Assembly (NCBI GenBank): GCA_021813145.1
Contig: JAKALS010000005.1
Span: forward strand, 8,022 to 72,021
Origin: a bacterium
GTDB taxonomy: Bacteria > Patescibacteriota > Microgenomatia > Levybacterales > UBA12049
Direction: 5' to 3'
DNA: 64,000 nucleotides
The stretch's first letter is position 1. Each line of letters opens with the position of its first letter. The position numbers and the translations under genes are program-made. Below the pieces are notes generated by a model that was not told where the DNA came from, did not search any database, and saw only the letters and a list, made by a program, of their open reading frames with translations. This document shows, piece after piece, positions 19,608 to 28,803 of the stretch.

Positions 19608-20753
19608 ATGAAAATTTATAATACTTTAACAAGAAAAAAAGAAGATTTTAAATCCCTGGAGGATAAAAAAGTCCGGATCTATGTTTGCGGAATTACGCCT
19701 TACGATACGACTCATTTGGGCCACGCATTTGTTTATGTTTCTTTCGACGCATTCATCAGGTATTTGAAATCTAAGGATTATTCAGTGGACTATACGCAAA
19801 ATGTGACAGATATAGACGACGACATATTAAGAAAAGCAAAAGAAGAAAATAAGAACTGGAAAAATCTCGGACAATTCTGGACGGATAAATTTTTAGAAGA
19901 CCTTAAATTTCTGAATGTGGCAATGCCAAATCACTATGTAAAGGCGACAGGCTCGGTAGATAAAATAATAGAAATAGTGGGAGATCTCCAAAACAAAGAA
20001 CTTGCCTACGAAAGGAAGGGTAATGTTTATTACGACGTAAAAAAATTTAAAAAATACGGTGAGCTATCAAAATATAATGAAGAACAGATGATACTGATAT
20101 CAAAAGAACGTGGGGCAGACCCGGAAGATCCTCTAAAGAAAGATCCCTTGGATTTTATACTATGGCAAAAACAAAAAGGCGGCGAACCGGCGTGGGAAAG
20201 TCCCTGGGGAAAAGGCAGGCCCGGCTGGCACATAGAGTGTTCGGCGATGATAAACAAATTTTTAGGCGACAGAATAGATATACACGGCGGCGGGAGGGAT
20301 TTGATTTTTCCGCATCACGAAAGCGAGATTGCCCAGAGCGAAAGCTACACTCAGGAAGAACCGTTTGTTAAGTACTGGATGCATATATCTATGGTTATGT
20401 ACGAAGGCGAAAAAATGTCGAAATCCCTGGGAAACCTGATAATGGTGTCTGATCTTAAAAAAAATTATTCGTCGAATGCGATAAGATGGCTTTTGTTATC
20501 GCATCACTACAGAGAACCTTGGGAATTCGATTATTCCGAAATGGACGAAGCGCAAGAAAAAATAAAAAAAATCGAGAAAGCTTTAAGGAAAAATAAAGAG
20601 GCTGGATCACCCGATTTGCTATGGAGCGAACTTGAATCTTTTTTAAGTGATGATTTTAATACTCCAAGAGTTTTGGAGTTAATCGAAGCCTCCATTGGAA
20701 AAAATTCTTCCTTTGCAAGGAAAAGCCTTAATATCCTTGGCTTTAATTTTTAA
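19608..20753 (+). CDS. MshC-like cysteine ligase (CysRS paralog lacking the anticodon domain)
   Basis: CGITPYDTTHLGHA, ERGADP, GRPGWHIEC, FPHHE, KMSKS; only 381 aa. Confidence 0.75.
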   Translation: MKIYNTLTRKKEDFKSLEDKKVRIYVCGITPYDTTHLGHAFVYVSFDAFIRYLKSKDYSVDYTQNVTDIDDDILRKAKEENKNWKNLGQFWTDKFLEDLKFLNVAMPNHYVKATGSVDKIIEIVGDLQNKELAYERKGNVYYDVKKFKKYGELSKYNEEQMILISKERGADPEDPLKKDPLDFILWQKQKGGEPAWESPWGKGRPGWHIECSAMINKFLGDRIDIHGGGRDLIFPHHESEIAQSESYTQEEPFVKYWMHISMVMYEGEKMSKSLGNLIMVSDLKKNYSSNAIRWLLLSHHYREPWEFDYSEMDEAQEKIKKIEKALRKNKEAGSPDLLWSELESFLSDDFNTPRVLELIEASIGKNSSFARKSLNILGFNF

Positions 20754-20776
20754 TTTTCTGTTATAATAGTTGTTTG

Positions 20777-21586
20777 ATGGATCCGGATAAAAATATCATT
20801 GACGTAAGGGATTTAGTAAAAAATTTTAAAGGGTTTACCGCGGTGGACTCGATAAATTTTGAGGTGAAAAGAGGAGACATATTCGCTTTTTTGGGGCCAA
20901 ACGGCGCAGGTAAAACTACGACAATAAAAATGCTGACAACTCTTCTTGGTCCCAGTTCCGGAACAATTTTTCTTAACGGAATAGACGTCGTAAAAGAGGC
21001 GGAAAAAGCAAGAAAATCTTTTGGAATTGTTTTTCAGGATCCAAGTCTTGACGACGAACTTACCGCGTACGAAAATATGGAATTTCACGCAATTTTATAC
21101 GGAATAGGTAAGACTACGAGGACAGAAAGAATAAAAGAACTTTTAAATTATGTCGAACTTTGGGAACGAAGAAAAGATTTAGTCAAAACATTTTCGGGAG
21201 GAATGAAAAGAAGACTCGAAATAGCAAGAGGATTGCTTCATCATCCCAAAATCCTGTTTTTAGACGAACCGACTTCGGGTCTTGATCCTCAAACAAGAAA
21301 TCATATTTGGGATTATATAAAAAAACTAAATTCTTCTGAAAAGATAACGGTATTTTTTACAACACACTATATAGAAGAAGCCGACAGGTATGCAAAGGAT
21401 ATAGCCATTATGGATCATGGGAAAATTGTCACCAAAGATACTCCGGAAAATTTAAAAAAGAAAACAAATTCTAAAGATTTGGAAGCGGCTTTTTTAAGGT
21501 TGACAGGAACTACCATCAGGGATGAGGAAGCAAGCGGGATAGACAGACTAAGAATGAGGTCAAGAGTTTGGGGAGGAAGAAGATAA
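20777..21586 (+). CDS. ABC exporter ATP-binding subunit (DrrA-like)
   Basis: GPNGAGKTT, FSGGM, LFLDEPT. Confidence 0.93.
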   Translation: MDPDKNIIDVRDLVKNFKGFTAVDSINFEVKRGDIFAFLGPNGAGKTTTIKMLTTLLGPSSGTIFLNGIDVVKEAEKARKSFGIVFQDPSLDDELTAYENMEFHAILYGIGKTTRTERIKELLNYVELWERRKDLVKTFSGGMKRRLEIARGLLHHPKILFLDEPTSGLDPQTRNHIWDYIKKLNSSEKITVFFTTHYIEEADRYAKDIAIMDHGKIVTKDTPENLKKKTNSKDLEAAFLRLTGTTIRDEEASGIDRLRMRSRVWGGRR

Positions 21587-22332
21587 TGAATGCCGTCTAT
21601 ATTCTTTGGAAAAGGGAAATAATAAGATATTTCCGTTCAAGGGCAAGAATTGTAGGCTCTTTAGGCCAGCCTTTGTTATTTTTAATAGCTCTGGGATTTG
21701 GATTAGGACCTGTTTTTCAAAGAGCAGGACAAGGAAATTATTTTGAGTTTTTGGGACCCGGAGTCGTTTCCATGGGCATACTTTTTACGGGAATTTTTGC
21801 GGGAATCCAGATAATTTGGGATAGGCAATTCGGATTCTTAAAAGAAACTCTTGTCGCTCCCGTTTCAAGATTCGAAATAATGCTCGGCAAGGCATTAGGC
21901 GGCGCGACTGTTGCTTTCATGCAGGGGGTTTTTGTTTTCGTTTTAACTCTTCTTTTGGGAGTTAGGATTTCATCCCTGGCTTTTCTTCCGATAGCGCTTG
22001 TCTCGATGTTTCTCATAGCATTATTTTTTACCGCATTAGGTATTGCAATAGCGTCTCTTTTTGAAGATATGCAGGGTTTCCAGCTCGTAATGAATTTTGT
22101 CGTTCAGCCGACTTTTTTTCTTTCCGGAGCATTATTTCCCTTAAGCGGAGTCCCTAAGTTTTTGCAGCTTATTGCAAGTTTTGACCCTCTTTCGTACGGA
22201 GTGGATGCGGTAAGGGGAGCCGTTACTGGACAAAGCCACTTCGGAATGGGAATAGACATTACGGTGCTTGTTGTTCTTACTTTTACAGTCCTAGCTATAG
22301 GAAGCTATCTCTTTTCAAAAATAGAAATTTAA
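21586..22332 (+). CDS. ABC-2 type permease
   Basis: DRQFGFLKETLVAP, FLSGALFP, DPLSYGVD. Confidence 0.92.
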   Translation: MNAVYILWKREIIRYFRSRARIVGSLGQPLLFLIALGFGLGPVFQRAGQGNYFEFLGPGVVSMGILFTGIFAGIQIIWDRQFGFLKETLVAPVSRFEIMLGKALGGATVAFMQGVFVFVLTLLLGVRISSLAFLPIALVSMFLIALFFTALGIAIASLFEDMQGFQLVMNFVVQPTFFLSGALFPLSGVPKFLQLIASFDPLSYGVDAVRGAVTGQSHFGMGIDITVLVVLTFTVLAIGSYLFSKIEI

Positions 22333-22333
22333 T

Positions 22334-22879
22334 TTATAAAAACTCCTCTTTAATTTCCCGATTATATTTCACCAGCAACTTTTGAATTTTGGGGTCAATT
22401 ACAAATCTGCAATAAGGGTAGTCTCTGTTCTTGTCGTAAAAATCAATGTGGTAATCTTCCGCTTTATAAAAATTTTTAAAAGGTAAAATTTCCGTAACAA
22501 TTTTTTCTTTGTAAACTTTTTCTCTTTCTAATCTTTCTTTAGACTTTAAAATTGTCTTTCTCTGTTTTTCGCTATTATAAAAAATTACGGAGCGGTATTG
22601 GCTTCCTATATCGGCACCCTGTTGATTTATTGTCGTAGGGTTGTGGGTATGCCAGAAAACATCAAGGATCTTGGAGAGGGGGATAACGGAAGGGTCAAAT
22701 TCTATTTGTATACTTTCGGCGTATCCGGTTTCTCCGGTTGAGACTTCCCGGTAGGAGGGGTTCTCTTTTTCCCCTCCTGCATACCCGGGAATTACCTTAA
22801 TTATTCCTTTTAATCTTTTAAAGATTGCCTCAGTGCACCAGAAGCATCCTCCTGCGAATGTTATTGTATCTTTTTTCAT
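22334..22879 (-). CDS. msrA: Peptide-methionine (S)-S-oxide reductase
   Basis: AGGCFWCTE, GSQYRS, FYKAEDYH. Confidence 0.96.
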   Translation of the reverse strand: MKKDTITFAGGCFWCTEAIFKRLKGIIKVIPGYAGGEKENPSYREVSTGETGYAESIQIEFDPSVIPLSKILDVFWHTHNPTTINQQGADIGSQYRSVIFYNSEKQRKTILKSKERLEREKVYKEKIVTEILPFKNFYKAEDYHIDFYDKNRDYPYCRFVIDPKIQKLLVKYNREIKEEFL

Positions 22880-23259
22880 AAATATTTTTTTGCGAAATTG
22901 TCGGCTTCCTTTTCCTGTTTTTCAATTTCTTCAAGACTCTGTTTTTTTAATATGGAATTTCTGTGTTTTAATATCACGTGACCTATTTCGTGGGCTATTG
23001 TATATTGAATCTGACTTTCCCCTTCACTTAGAAGTTCGTCGCTTATAAATATAAGATGTTGACCGATAAGGTCATTTCCCCGGAAAGTAAAAGCCCAGGC
23101 ATCCTCCATCGAAGAGAAAAACCAACAGTTTTCCGTTATATATTCCGTTATTTCTTCCGGCATTTTGGATAATACTTCGCAGACGTTCTTTTTCATTTTG
23201 TAATTGCCCACGAGTTTTCCGTCAAATAAGTCGTAAATTATTTTGAGATTCTTGTTCAT
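22876..23259 (-). CDS. Stand-alone HExxH metallopeptidase (ImmA/IrrE-like)
   Basis: YTIAHEIGH...EKEADNFA. Confidence 0.7.
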   Translation of the reverse strand: MNKNLKIIYDLFDGKLVGNYKMKKNVCEVLSKMPEEITEYITENCWFFSSMEDAWAFTFRGNDLIGQHLIFISDELLSEGESQIQYTIAHEIGHVILKHRNSILKKQSLEEIEKQEKEADNFAKKYL

Positions 23260-23323
23260 AAAATCAATTGAAAGGTTTAATAAGGGGGGTTATTATTATA
23301 CTATACTTTGGGAAGTGGATAAG

Positions 23324-23947
23324 ATGAAAAAAACAATTATTTATGTAGTAAGACACGGCCAGGCAAAGGGAAATAAAGAAGATTTACTGCTTGGACAATT
23401 CGATGTTCCCTTAACAGAAAAGGGAAAAATGCAGGCATTAAAATCTTCTGATTTTTTTAAGAATAAAGACATAAACTTTATTTATTCTTCGGATCTGAAA
23501 CGTGCTTTTGAGACGGCCGAAGTAATTGCAGAAAAAATCGGAAAAAAAGTTATCAAAGACAAGCTTTTAAGGGAAAGGGATATAGACGTCTTTGAGAACT
23601 TAACTCTTAAAGAGGCAAAAGAGAAAGTGGCGAAAAATAGCCCTTTCTTCACTCTTTCCGACAAAGAAAAATTGACATACAAATTTACGCCCAATATGGA
23701 AAGTGCTTTCGAAACGGAAGAACGTTTCAGAAAGTTCTGCCATTTAACTGCAAAAAAACATCCGGGAAAAAATATAGTTGCGGTAACCCACGGAGGATTA
23801 ATGCTCTATTTCCTTATAAGTTTAGGCCTTGAAAAATACAGGAATCTTTTCGGCGATCCGAATCCTTTTGAAAATCTCGGATTTTTTAAGCTTATGACGG
23901 ATGGAAAAAACTTCGAAATCATGGAATTTAAAGGTTATAATCCTTAG
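23324..23947 (+). CDS. Histidine phosphatase family protein
   Basis: VVRHGQ, SSDLKRAFETA, LRE, VTHGG. Confidence 0.92.
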   Translation: MKKTIIYVVRHGQAKGNKEDLLLGQFDVPLTEKGKMQALKSSDFFKNKDINFIYSSDLKRAFETAEVIAEKIGKKVIKDKLLRERDIDVFENLTLKEAKEKVAKNSPFFTLSDKEKLTYKFTPNMESAFETEERFRKFCHLTAKKHPGKNIVAVTHGGLMLYFLISLGLEKYRNLFGDPNPFENLGFFKLMTDGKNFEIMEFKGYNP

Positions 23948-23954
23948 GAAATAG

Positions 23955-24008
23955 CTAACGCTTTTCTTACAAAAATTTTACCCTATTTTTTTACACAAAA
24001 GCTAGATT
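23955..24008 (+). promoter_or_regulatory. Triple direct-repeat box plus -10 (copy 3)
   Basis: CTAAC 23955, CTTAC 23966, TTTAC 23977; TAGATT at 24003. Confidence 0.62.
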
Positions 24009-24050
24009 GTTATCTACCTTTCATCTGAGGGGGGGGTGACATAATAAAAA

Positions 24051-24185
24051 ATGCCTAACAATAAAAATAGCGGCAGAAATAAAACAGGAAACGGAAAAAG
24101 TAACCGTGGTCTTGCGTCTGCCGATAAAGCAACAAGACAAAGGGTAGCAAGCGAAGGAGGAAAAGCGCATGCCAGAAACATGTAA
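24051..24185 (+). CDS. Unannotated 44-aa KGG-motif stress-induced protein (YciG/GsiB-like)
   Basis: Hand translation MPNNKNSGRNKTGNGKSNRGLASADKATRQRVASEGGKAHARNM; G-rich SD-like tract upstream. Confidence 0.78.
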   Translation: MPNNKNSGRNKTGNGKSNRGLASADKATRQRVASEGGKAHARNM

Positions 24186-24196
24186 CGGCTACCGCC

Positions 24197-24216
24197 AGGC
24201 GGGGGGCTCTCCGCCT
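24197..24216 (+). terminator. Putative terminator hairpin
   Basis: AGGCGGGG-ggct-CTCCGCCT just after the stop; weak U tract. Confidence 0.45.
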
Positions 24217-24312
24217 AATGAATTTATTATTTACAAATCCCATACTCTACAATTTAATATGATTGTGGGACAAGCATTAAGTAAACAACGAAAATAATGT
24301 ATAATTTTACAT

Positions 24313-24645
24313 ATGGGAATATTACTCAACTGGATTGTAAGCGCAGTAGTAATTTTTGTAATAGCAAATTTGCTTCCGGGAGTTCATATTGCCTCATTTA
24401 CTACCGCACTGGTTGCCGCGGTTGTATTGGGGATTATAAACGCAGTGATTAAACCCGTTCTGGTTATCCTCACCCTTCCTATAAATATTCTTACGCTTGG
24501 CCTTTTTACGCTTGTAATAAACGCTTTTCTTATACTTATTGCCTCCTATATAGTTCCCGGTTTTAAAGTAGACGGTTTTATCTGGGCTCTTATATTCGGA
24601 ATAGTTTTATCCATAGTGAATTCCCTCGTCCATAATTTTGTCTGA
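24313..24645 (+). CDS. Phage-holin-like 4-TM membrane protein (YvlD/DUF360)
   Basis: INAVIKPVLVILTLPINILTLGLFTLVIN signature. Confidence 0.88.
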   Translation: MGILLNWIVSAVVIFVIANLLPGVHIASFTTALVAAVVLGIINAVIKPVLVILTLPINILTLGLFTLVINAFLILIASYIVPGFKVDGFIWALIFGIVLSIVNSLVHNFV

Positions 24646-24646
24646 T

Positions 24647-24691
24647 TTCTTACTTTTTTTTAACATTTTTCCTTCCCTTTTATGGAATAAT
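24647..24691 (+). promoter_or_regulatory. Direct-repeat box plus -10 (copy 4)
   Basis: CTTAC 24649, TTAAC 24660; TGgAATAAT with hexamer at 24686; ATG 6 nt later. Confidence 0.55.
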
Positions 24692-24697
24692 CCGCTC

Positions 24698-24850
24698 ATG
24701 GCTGATGAATATCCTCAAGACGAGGAACAACAACTTGCCGAAGACAAAGGCGCTTGGGTTTTTAATGAACCCCTGAGGGAAATGGGGTGTTTTCCGGTAC
24801 TAATCGCCTTTATTACTTTTTTAGCCGTTTTTATCCTCTTTGTAGTATAA
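24698..24850 (+). CDS. Small (50 aa) acidic protein with C-terminal TM
   Basis: MADEYPQDEEQ...FLAVFILFVV; leaderless-type start. Confidence 0.55.
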   Translation: MADEYPQDEEQQLAEDKGAWVFNEPLREMGCFPVLIAFITFLAVFILFVV

Positions 24851-24899
24851 CCTATAGTCCTATTGACAATATTTAATTTCCTGTTTATAATCAGGCTGT

Positions 24900-25625
24900 A
24901 TGCTCGAAGTTGAAAGATTTCAGGTTGTCCCCGAAGCTCCTTATCGTATCGTACCCAAAACTTTGCCGATAGTTCACTTAATAGATTTCGTAACCCACAG
25001 AGACAAGGATATGGCCAATCATCTCATAGAACAAGCTACAAGAGAATATAGTGATCCATACGAAAGATGGGAGGCAGTCAGAAGGTCAAGAGCGGATATT
25101 GTTACCGGCTCCAGTATTGTGGAAAAGAATTCCGGCCTTACCTTGCGCCATACCGGGTGGGAGGGTTTTTATGTCGGACGAGGCATGTCATCGGAGGAAA
25201 TAGTAATGGATCAGGCTCAAATAGGAGCAAGGGTGGTAAAAACGATGGAAACGATGTACCCCGACTCTTATCAAAGAATAAAAAGGATATTTGAAACAAA
25301 AAGGGGTTACAGTCTGGAAGACTTAAAAGAGATTGAGATATGGTTTAAGGTTATAAAGTCAAGATTTGATGCAAGAGAATTACCCAGCGAAGGAGAAATT
25401 TTCCGAAGGCAGACGACAGAGCTTGTCCAGAAAATGCCGCCTATTGTCCTGGAAAGAGATGTAAATGGAATAACGCAGTTTATTCCTGTTCCGGCAAGAG
25501 GAGAGCTATTCGGGGGTCAGACTATTGTAAATATGAGCCCAAAGGAACTCGCGGGTTACAGATTTATGGAAAATGTGGGAATAGTAGGTCAACCTCCCAT
25601 AAGGGCAATGCTCAAAGCTGCCTAA
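24900..25625 (+). CDS. Hypothetical protein
   Basis: Long ORF with TTGACA-17-TATAAT promoter; no motif recognised. Confidence 0.65.
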   Translation: MLEVERFQVVPEAPYRIVPKTLPIVHLIDFVTHRDKDMANHLIEQATREYSDPYERWEAVRRSRADIVTGSSIVEKNSGLTLRHTGWEGFYVGRGMSSEEIVMDQAQIGARVVKTMETMYPDSYQRIKRIFETKRGYSLEDLKEIEIWFKVIKSRFDARELPSEGEIFRRQTTELVQKMPPIVLERDVNGITQFIPVPARGELFGGQTIVNMSPKELAGYRFMENVGIVGQPPIRAMLKAA

Positions 25626-26620
25626 AATTCACGGGCTTTTACTTCCTCTTTTAATTTTTCAAGCATCTTATCCTTTGTTAAAAGTCCCCTTTGGGCACCT
25701 ACGGCTCCTATTACCGCGCAGGCATTCAAAGCCCCCCATTCCATGCATTGACTAAGCCCGTTTCCTTTTAGAAAAGATGAAATAAATCCCGATGTAAAAG
25801 CGTCTCCCGCTCCGGTTTTTTCCACGATATCACATTTTATTGCCTCCATAAAAAGGCTTTCATGTTTTTCATCCATAATATAGGAACCGTTCTGCCCGTC
25901 TGTAATAACAACTATTTTTGGTCCAAGGCTCTTTAGTCCGTACAGGATTTTTTTTATGTAGCTTCGGGAATCAAGGGGAATTTTTATTTCTTTCCCGTAT
26001 AGAAGCTCTTCCGCTTCTTCTTTATTCACAAAAAGAATTAAGCTTTGGGAAATAATTTTCCAGATAAGGCTCCCTCTGTGTGCGATTTGCAAAGTTCCGG
26101 GATTGAAGAAAAGAGGAATGCCGTTTTCTATAGAGAAATTTAGGGTCTTTTCGTAGGCTTTTTCCCAGGAAGGGCCGAGGCTTGTAAGAAACAGGGCTTT
26201 TGTTTTTTTGCCTTCGTATTTAAAATTGTGTTCTCTTTTTATGTGTTCTACGAAAAGAGTCCTGTCGGCTCTAAAATTTATTCCTACGGAAAGCGAAGAA
26301 GCTTCGCTTTCTATCTGGTTTACAAGCTCCAAATCTACATCTTCTTTAGAAAGTGAATTTATTATTTTTTGGGAAAATTCGTCTTTCCCTATTTCTGCTA
26401 CAAGTCCGCTTTTAAATCCCAGTCTTGATATTCCAACCGCTACATTTGCCGCATTCCCTCCTATTGATAAATCATATTTTTTTACTTCTATTTTTTCTCC
26501 GTGTCCGAAGCGCAGCTCGTTTGTTTTTTCGTCGAGTCTTATGTGAGGATTTTTCTCATCTATGGTCAGAAAAACGTCTATGGTGGCGTTTCCGACGGTC
26601 AGTATATCTACGGGCAGCAT
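25622..26620 (-). CDS. PfkB family carbohydrate kinase
   Basis: GGNAANVAVG, NKEEA, EKTGAGDAF. Confidence 0.92.
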   Translation of the reverse strand: MLPVDILTVGNATIDVFLTIDEKNPHIRLDEKTNELRFGHGEKIEVKKYDLSIGGNAANVAVGISRLGFKSGLVAEIGKDEFSQKIINSLSKEDVDLELVNQIESEASSLSVGINFRADRTLFVEHIKREHNFKYEGKKTKALFLTSLGPSWEKAYEKTLNFSIENGIPLFFNPGTLQIAHRGSLIWKIISQSLILFVNKEEAEELLYGKEIKIPLDSRSYIKKILYGLKSLGPKIVVITDGQNGSYIMDEKHESLFMEAIKCDIVEKTGAGDAFTSGFISSFLKGNGLSQCMEWGALNACAVIGAVGAQRGLLTKDKMLEKLKEEVKAREF

Positions 26621-26686
26621 ACTATTATCGTATCTAAACAAAGGTTTTATTTCAATCGGCTTTGACAAGTCCTGTATAATCGAAGT

Positions 26687-27196
26687 ATGGGAAAAGAGGA
26701 AGAAGAAAGAAGATTAAGGTCGCCTCATGCAGGTATTTATCCGTTTGACCCGACGGCGGGAACGCCGGAGCAGATAGCGCAAAATCCTCCTCGTTTAAGG
26801 TCCTGGGAGAAGGGATTAAAAGAAGAGGTGAAAAGAACTCCGAAGACTTTAAGATTTAAAGCGGGAACTGTTTTGTACAGGGCAGGATATAATGCCGCAG
26901 GAGAGCCTATTCTCCCCAAAGATTTTAGGGAGGCAGACGATTTAAGGTTGGATGTTTTAAATTTTGAAAGAGATTTTAAAGTCGCGGAAAGTTCTATGGG
27001 GGAAGGCAAAAGAAAAGCAAGAGTAGTGAAGCCCTTAGGGATAACGCAATACGGCCCGATAATAGAGGTAATAGTCGAAAGGAAAGCCGGTGAAGGAAGA
27101 ATTATAGAAGAAAGAAGATTCGTAAGCTTATTGGATAGAAGTCTTCCGAGGGATAACCCGAGGAGAAGATGGGCTGCCCAAAGGGAAAATTTCTAG
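26687..27196 (+). CDS. Hypothetical protein
   Basis: TATAAT 6 nt before ATG; no motif recognised. Confidence 0.6.
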   Translation: MGKEEEERRLRSPHAGIYPFDPTAGTPEQIAQNPPRLRSWEKGLKEEVKRTPKTLRFKAGTVLYRAGYNAAGEPILPKDFREADDLRLDVLNFERDFKVAESSMGEGKRKARVVKPLGITQYGPIIEVIVERKAGEGRIIEERRFVSLLDRSLPRDNPRRRWAAQRENF

Positions 27197-28446
27197 AGAA
27201 GTTTTTTATTTTCTGATCTTTTTAATTTGTCTTCACGCATTTTTACAAAAAGGTCGAAAACGGGAGCCGAAAGTTTTGGGTCTGCCTGAAGAAGACTTTC
27301 GATTCCCCAATAACTTAAAACAGAACTTTGTTGATTGGCCAGTATATCGTTTATGCTCCTTAAGGTAATGTATTTTATACTTGTAGCCCAGTCTCTGGGT
27401 AACGGCCGGTTTAGCCATTGCTCCGCTTGTATTTCGGACATCTCTAAAGGCGCATAACCGCGGTCTCTTAATGTGCCCAAAGTTACATTTCCCGGAATAA
27501 GAGATAAAAGCTGATAGAAAGAAGGCGAGTCGGGTCCGGGATAGCAGAAAGGATAATAGTTGATAGCAGGGACAAGTCTTTTTTTGTCTATAAAATCCGA
27601 GAGTATTTTAAATAATTCCGAAATCTGCGGGAGGTTTGTATATTCGGATGAATTAAAGAGAATTTTTCTTCCGGGTAAAAATTTATCTATATGCTCCACA
27701 AGTGTTGTCAGATAATCATTGCCCATTGTCCAACCGTGTTGACCGAAGCTGTGGAATGCTTCGTTTTCGGGTTGGATTTTTGTTATGGTTTCCAGTTCTC
27801 TTTTTGAATAAGAACTTATTAGATGATGCATCATGGAGTCGGCAAATTTTAAGTAGGCAGCCGATAGGGGACTTTCCATTCCGATTACCGACTTATCCGC
27901 AGGCATGATATCTTTATACATCGGGGGAACGTGGTCTTCGGGCCAGCGGAAAACTTTTATGCCGATATTGAGGCAAATATTTAAACCGTTTTGGATACAG
28001 TAATCGAAATAAGGTTTGTAAAAGCCGAAATCAAAATTTCCATTTTCGTCTACGGCGTTATCCCATCTTACCCCGAGCCGTACTTCGTCCGCTCCCAATT
28101 CTTTATGTATAAACTTTAATGCTTCGACTGATTTTTCCGTGAGCCTTTTTCCTTCTTCGGTTTTATAATTGGAAGCCGATAACCCGTAAAGCTGTTCCGG
28201 GGAGAAGGAAAAGCTTATATCCATATTTTTCAGTTTTTCTCCGTTTCTCTCTACAAACGCTTCATTGCTTAGCTCAGCTTCTTTCCACTCATCCGGCTGG
28301 TCAAGGAATACGTCAAAAACCCTTGAAAATTTATTTTGCATATTGACTCCTTCGGGAGAAAAAGAGGCTGTTCCCGCAAGGCCGGCGGAAAGAAGTTTTA
28401 AAAATCCTCGCCTTGAAACCGGGGGTAAAGTTTCAACAAAGCCCAT
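27193..28446 (-). CDS. Putative clan GH-A glycoside hydrolase-like protein with twin-arginine-like N-terminus
   Basis: SRRGFLK; VRLGVRW, QPENE (acid/base), MSEIQAE (nucleophile). Confidence 0.55.
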   Translation of the reverse strand: MGFVETLPPVSRRGFLKLLSAGLAGTASFSPEGVNMQNKFSRVFDVFLDQPDEWKEAELSNEAFVERNGEKLKNMDISFSFSPEQLYGLSASNYKTEEGKRLTEKSVEALKFIHKELGADEVRLGVRWDNAVDENGNFDFGFYKPYFDYCIQNGLNICLNIGIKVFRWPEDHVPPMYKDIMPADKSVIGMESPLSAAYLKFADSMMHHLISSYSKRELETITKIQPENEAFHSFGQHGWTMGNDYLTTLVEHIDKFLPGRKILFNSSEYTNLPQISELFKILSDFIDKKRLVPAINYYPFCYPGPDSPSFYQLLSLIPGNVTLGTLRDRGYAPLEMSEIQAEQWLNRPLPRDWATSIKYITLRSINDILANQQSSVLSYWGIESLLQADPKLSAPVFDLFVKMREDKLKRSENKKLL

Positions 28447-28486
28447 TAACTTTTATATTTTAATTAAGAGGGATTTTTATTTCAAG

Positions 28487-28786
28487 TTATATTTTTTCAC
28501 CGCAAGTCCTTACGGATTTTATTACCTGCTTAAAGATATGTCCTTTTGGGGTAAGCGAATATTCAACTTTGGGGGGGACCGAAGCATACACTTTTTTTTG
28601 TATATATCCTTCTTTCTCCAGCTGCTGAAGTCTTTTTGAAAGCGTTTTCGGGTTAATGTCTCCTACGCTTCTTTCCAGCTCCCCAAACCGTTTGGTTCCG
28701 CCCAAAAGAGAATTAAGGATTAGAATCGTCCATTTGCTGCCTATAATTTTTGCAACTTTTGAAACCTCCAAAAGATCTGCGTCCAT
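28487..28786 (-). CDS. HxlR family winged-helix regulator
   Basis: SKWTILIL, KRFGEL, LSKRLQQLE, PPKVEYSLT. Confidence 0.92.
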   Translation of the reverse strand: MDADLLEVSKVAKIIGSKWTILILNSLLGGTKRFGELERSVGDINPKTLSKRLQQLEKEGYIQKKVYASVPPKVEYSLTPKGHIFKQVIKSVRTCGEKI

Positions 28787-28803
28787 ACTTTACTTTCTGT
28801 AAC

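Noticed and set aside
19608-20753. Annotation as ordinary cysS
   Set aside because: MshC-type motifs, no anticodon domain and linkage to a PIG-L deacetylase; not fully excluded without the whole genome
24055-24243. 62-aa minus-strand ORF in the track
   Set aside because: Overlaps the better-supported KGG ORF on the plus strand
24313-24645. Holin as prophage evidence
   Set aside because: No integrase, terminase or structural genes; this family is a common chromosomal membrane protein
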